Source: Neoechinorhynchus agilis (Eukaryota; Animalia; Acanthocephala). From it: 64,000 nucleotides of DNA. The stretch is from contig CM121341.1 in assembly GCA_051530055.1 (NCBI GenBank), forward strand, positions 13,060,784 through 13,124,783. Reading direction: 5' to 3'. Position numbers and translations under genes: made by a program. The number at the start of each line of letters is the position of its first letter. Position 1 is the stretch's first letter. Positions 62,767 through 64,000 of the stretch are shown here, piece after piece. The notes beneath the pieces are model-generated. The model was not told the DNA's origin and did not search any database. It saw only the letters and a program-made list of their open reading frames with translations.

Positions 62767-63231
62767 TTATTTATTTAGGCATAAAGTCAAACCAATTACA
62801 TCAGAGAAGTGATATAACCACATAGTCTCTAATGTCGGTTTAAGAGTATGATGATAACATACCGGCTTGCCAGTAAAACTTAAAAAATAGAACACAGCGC
62901 TCACCCTGAGTCGATAAACTGGCTGAGTTTGACATTTCGTAGTTGTGTCGAGGTGGTCAAGTGGAATAATGCCCGTGATCCCGATTAGGGGTCAAGTGGT
63001 TCGAATCCGTTACCACCAATGACGCACAGCCAAAGGGGACGAAGTACCGCTGAAGGGAGGAAACTCACTGATAAGTCCCGCCTCCTGGAGGTATCTGAGG
63101 ATCCGGAGGAATGTACAAACTCTTAACCGACATTAGAGACTATGTGGTTATATCACTTCTCTGATGTAATGGATTTGGCTTTATGCCTAAATAAATAAGC
63201 CGGACAAGAAAGGGATTGACTAAAATTGAAT
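62694..63231 (+). mobile_element. tRNA/hammerhead SINE-like composite insertion, copy C, with inverted tail and 13-bp TSD
   Basis: GATTCCCAGTACC at 62681-62693 and 63232-63244. Inside: reverse-complement tail (62693-62847), forward tail terminus (62848-62890), spacer, box A (62954-64), box B (62998-63008), ribozyme block (63036-63104) and forward tail (63111-63234). Confidence 0.85.
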
Positions 63232-63780
63232 GATTCCCAGTACCATAAAGAATGTTCGCCATTTTTTAAAATGATAAAATCGAAATTCATGTAGCGCTGA
63301 TAATTTTTCGATTCTCAACCTTTCCAAACTTCAAGTTCTTCCTGTCTTGATTGCTAAATGGTTCATTTCTTTAGTTTCGTGAATCCTCATGTACTTTTTA
63401 CGCATTGAAATCTTGTTCTAGTTCATATTATAAAGATTAAAGGCATCACTCAAAGATTGCAAAAGAAAGGTTCTATCATGAGAAAATAAGCAGCTCTCAG
63501 TGGTTAAAACAATGCAGTTTTATTATTAGAAGAAATTTACTCTATCCATTTGAATTAACTGCACTAGCGATTTGGTATTTTTAGGATCGCTTGACTTAGG
63601 CATAGTTGGAAAAGTATTTTAAAGGGAAGACGAGTAAAAACAAAAATGTGGTAGATCGTCGATCTAAAATAAAGTGATAAAATAAAGTGGGAATTCCGGT
63701 CAACTGTACAAATTGTATACTACGAATTCAAGCTCTATAAGTATCGCAGAATTTTTCGATCTTTTTATCCTTATCTGCTT

Positions 63781-63910
63781 GTTTATGGCGGAAAAAATTG
63801 AAGGAATTTATTAAATCCAATATTTCGGAGGCACAATCTCGTGCCTTTATCAAGGTTGTAAAAAGTGTTTAACCGCCATAAACAAGCATTAATAATTCAA
63901 TCTTCAAACT
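63781..63910. repeat. Third member of the 12.0/12.3-kb fold-back repeat family
   Basis: TCCAATATTTCGGAGGCACAATCTCGTGCCTTTATCAAGG...AATTCAATCTTCAAAC, plus inverted GTTTATGGCGG / CCGCCATAAAC. Confidence 0.6.
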
Positions 63911-64000
63911 CATCGTTATCTCTTGATTGCATCAGTTAAACGAAAAGGATTTGCAGGGAGGTAGACAAAATTTCACAATTATCCGGTGAGAAAATTTTAA

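Noticed and set aside
63245-63450. Possible decayed LINE RT C-terminal fragment on the minus strand
   Set aside because: Interrupted by stops, with only a vague resemblance.

Overview
Eukaryotic DNA from a compact, AT-rich, fast-evolving genome, most likely an animal (metazoan-type Rpt2 and MRPL43, an SH2 protein, 45-57-nt introns); the taxon cannot be fixed from this window. About 39 kb (16.8-55.7 kb) is one head-to-tail array of a ~262-bp satellite (~148-150 monomers), wedged between two housekeeping genes, PSMC1 and NOP14. The flanks hold UTP4, SF3B6, MRPL43, an SH2-domain gene, a possible TRAPPC6-like exon, an orphan membrane protein, a very divergent TBP-fold gene, a decayed CRE-type non-LTR retrotransposon, a 135-bp intronic tandem repeat and several fold-back repeats. 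The most unusual signal is a small tRNA-headed (Pol III box A/B) SINE-like element, present as three copies plus a tail fragment. It carries every hammerhead ribozyme core element with all three stems pairable, but in a strand order that is not a circular permutation of a normal hammerhead. Two copies also share the same inverted insertion architecture with 12-13-bp target-site duplications. All assignments come from reading the sequence by eye; no searches or folding programs were run.
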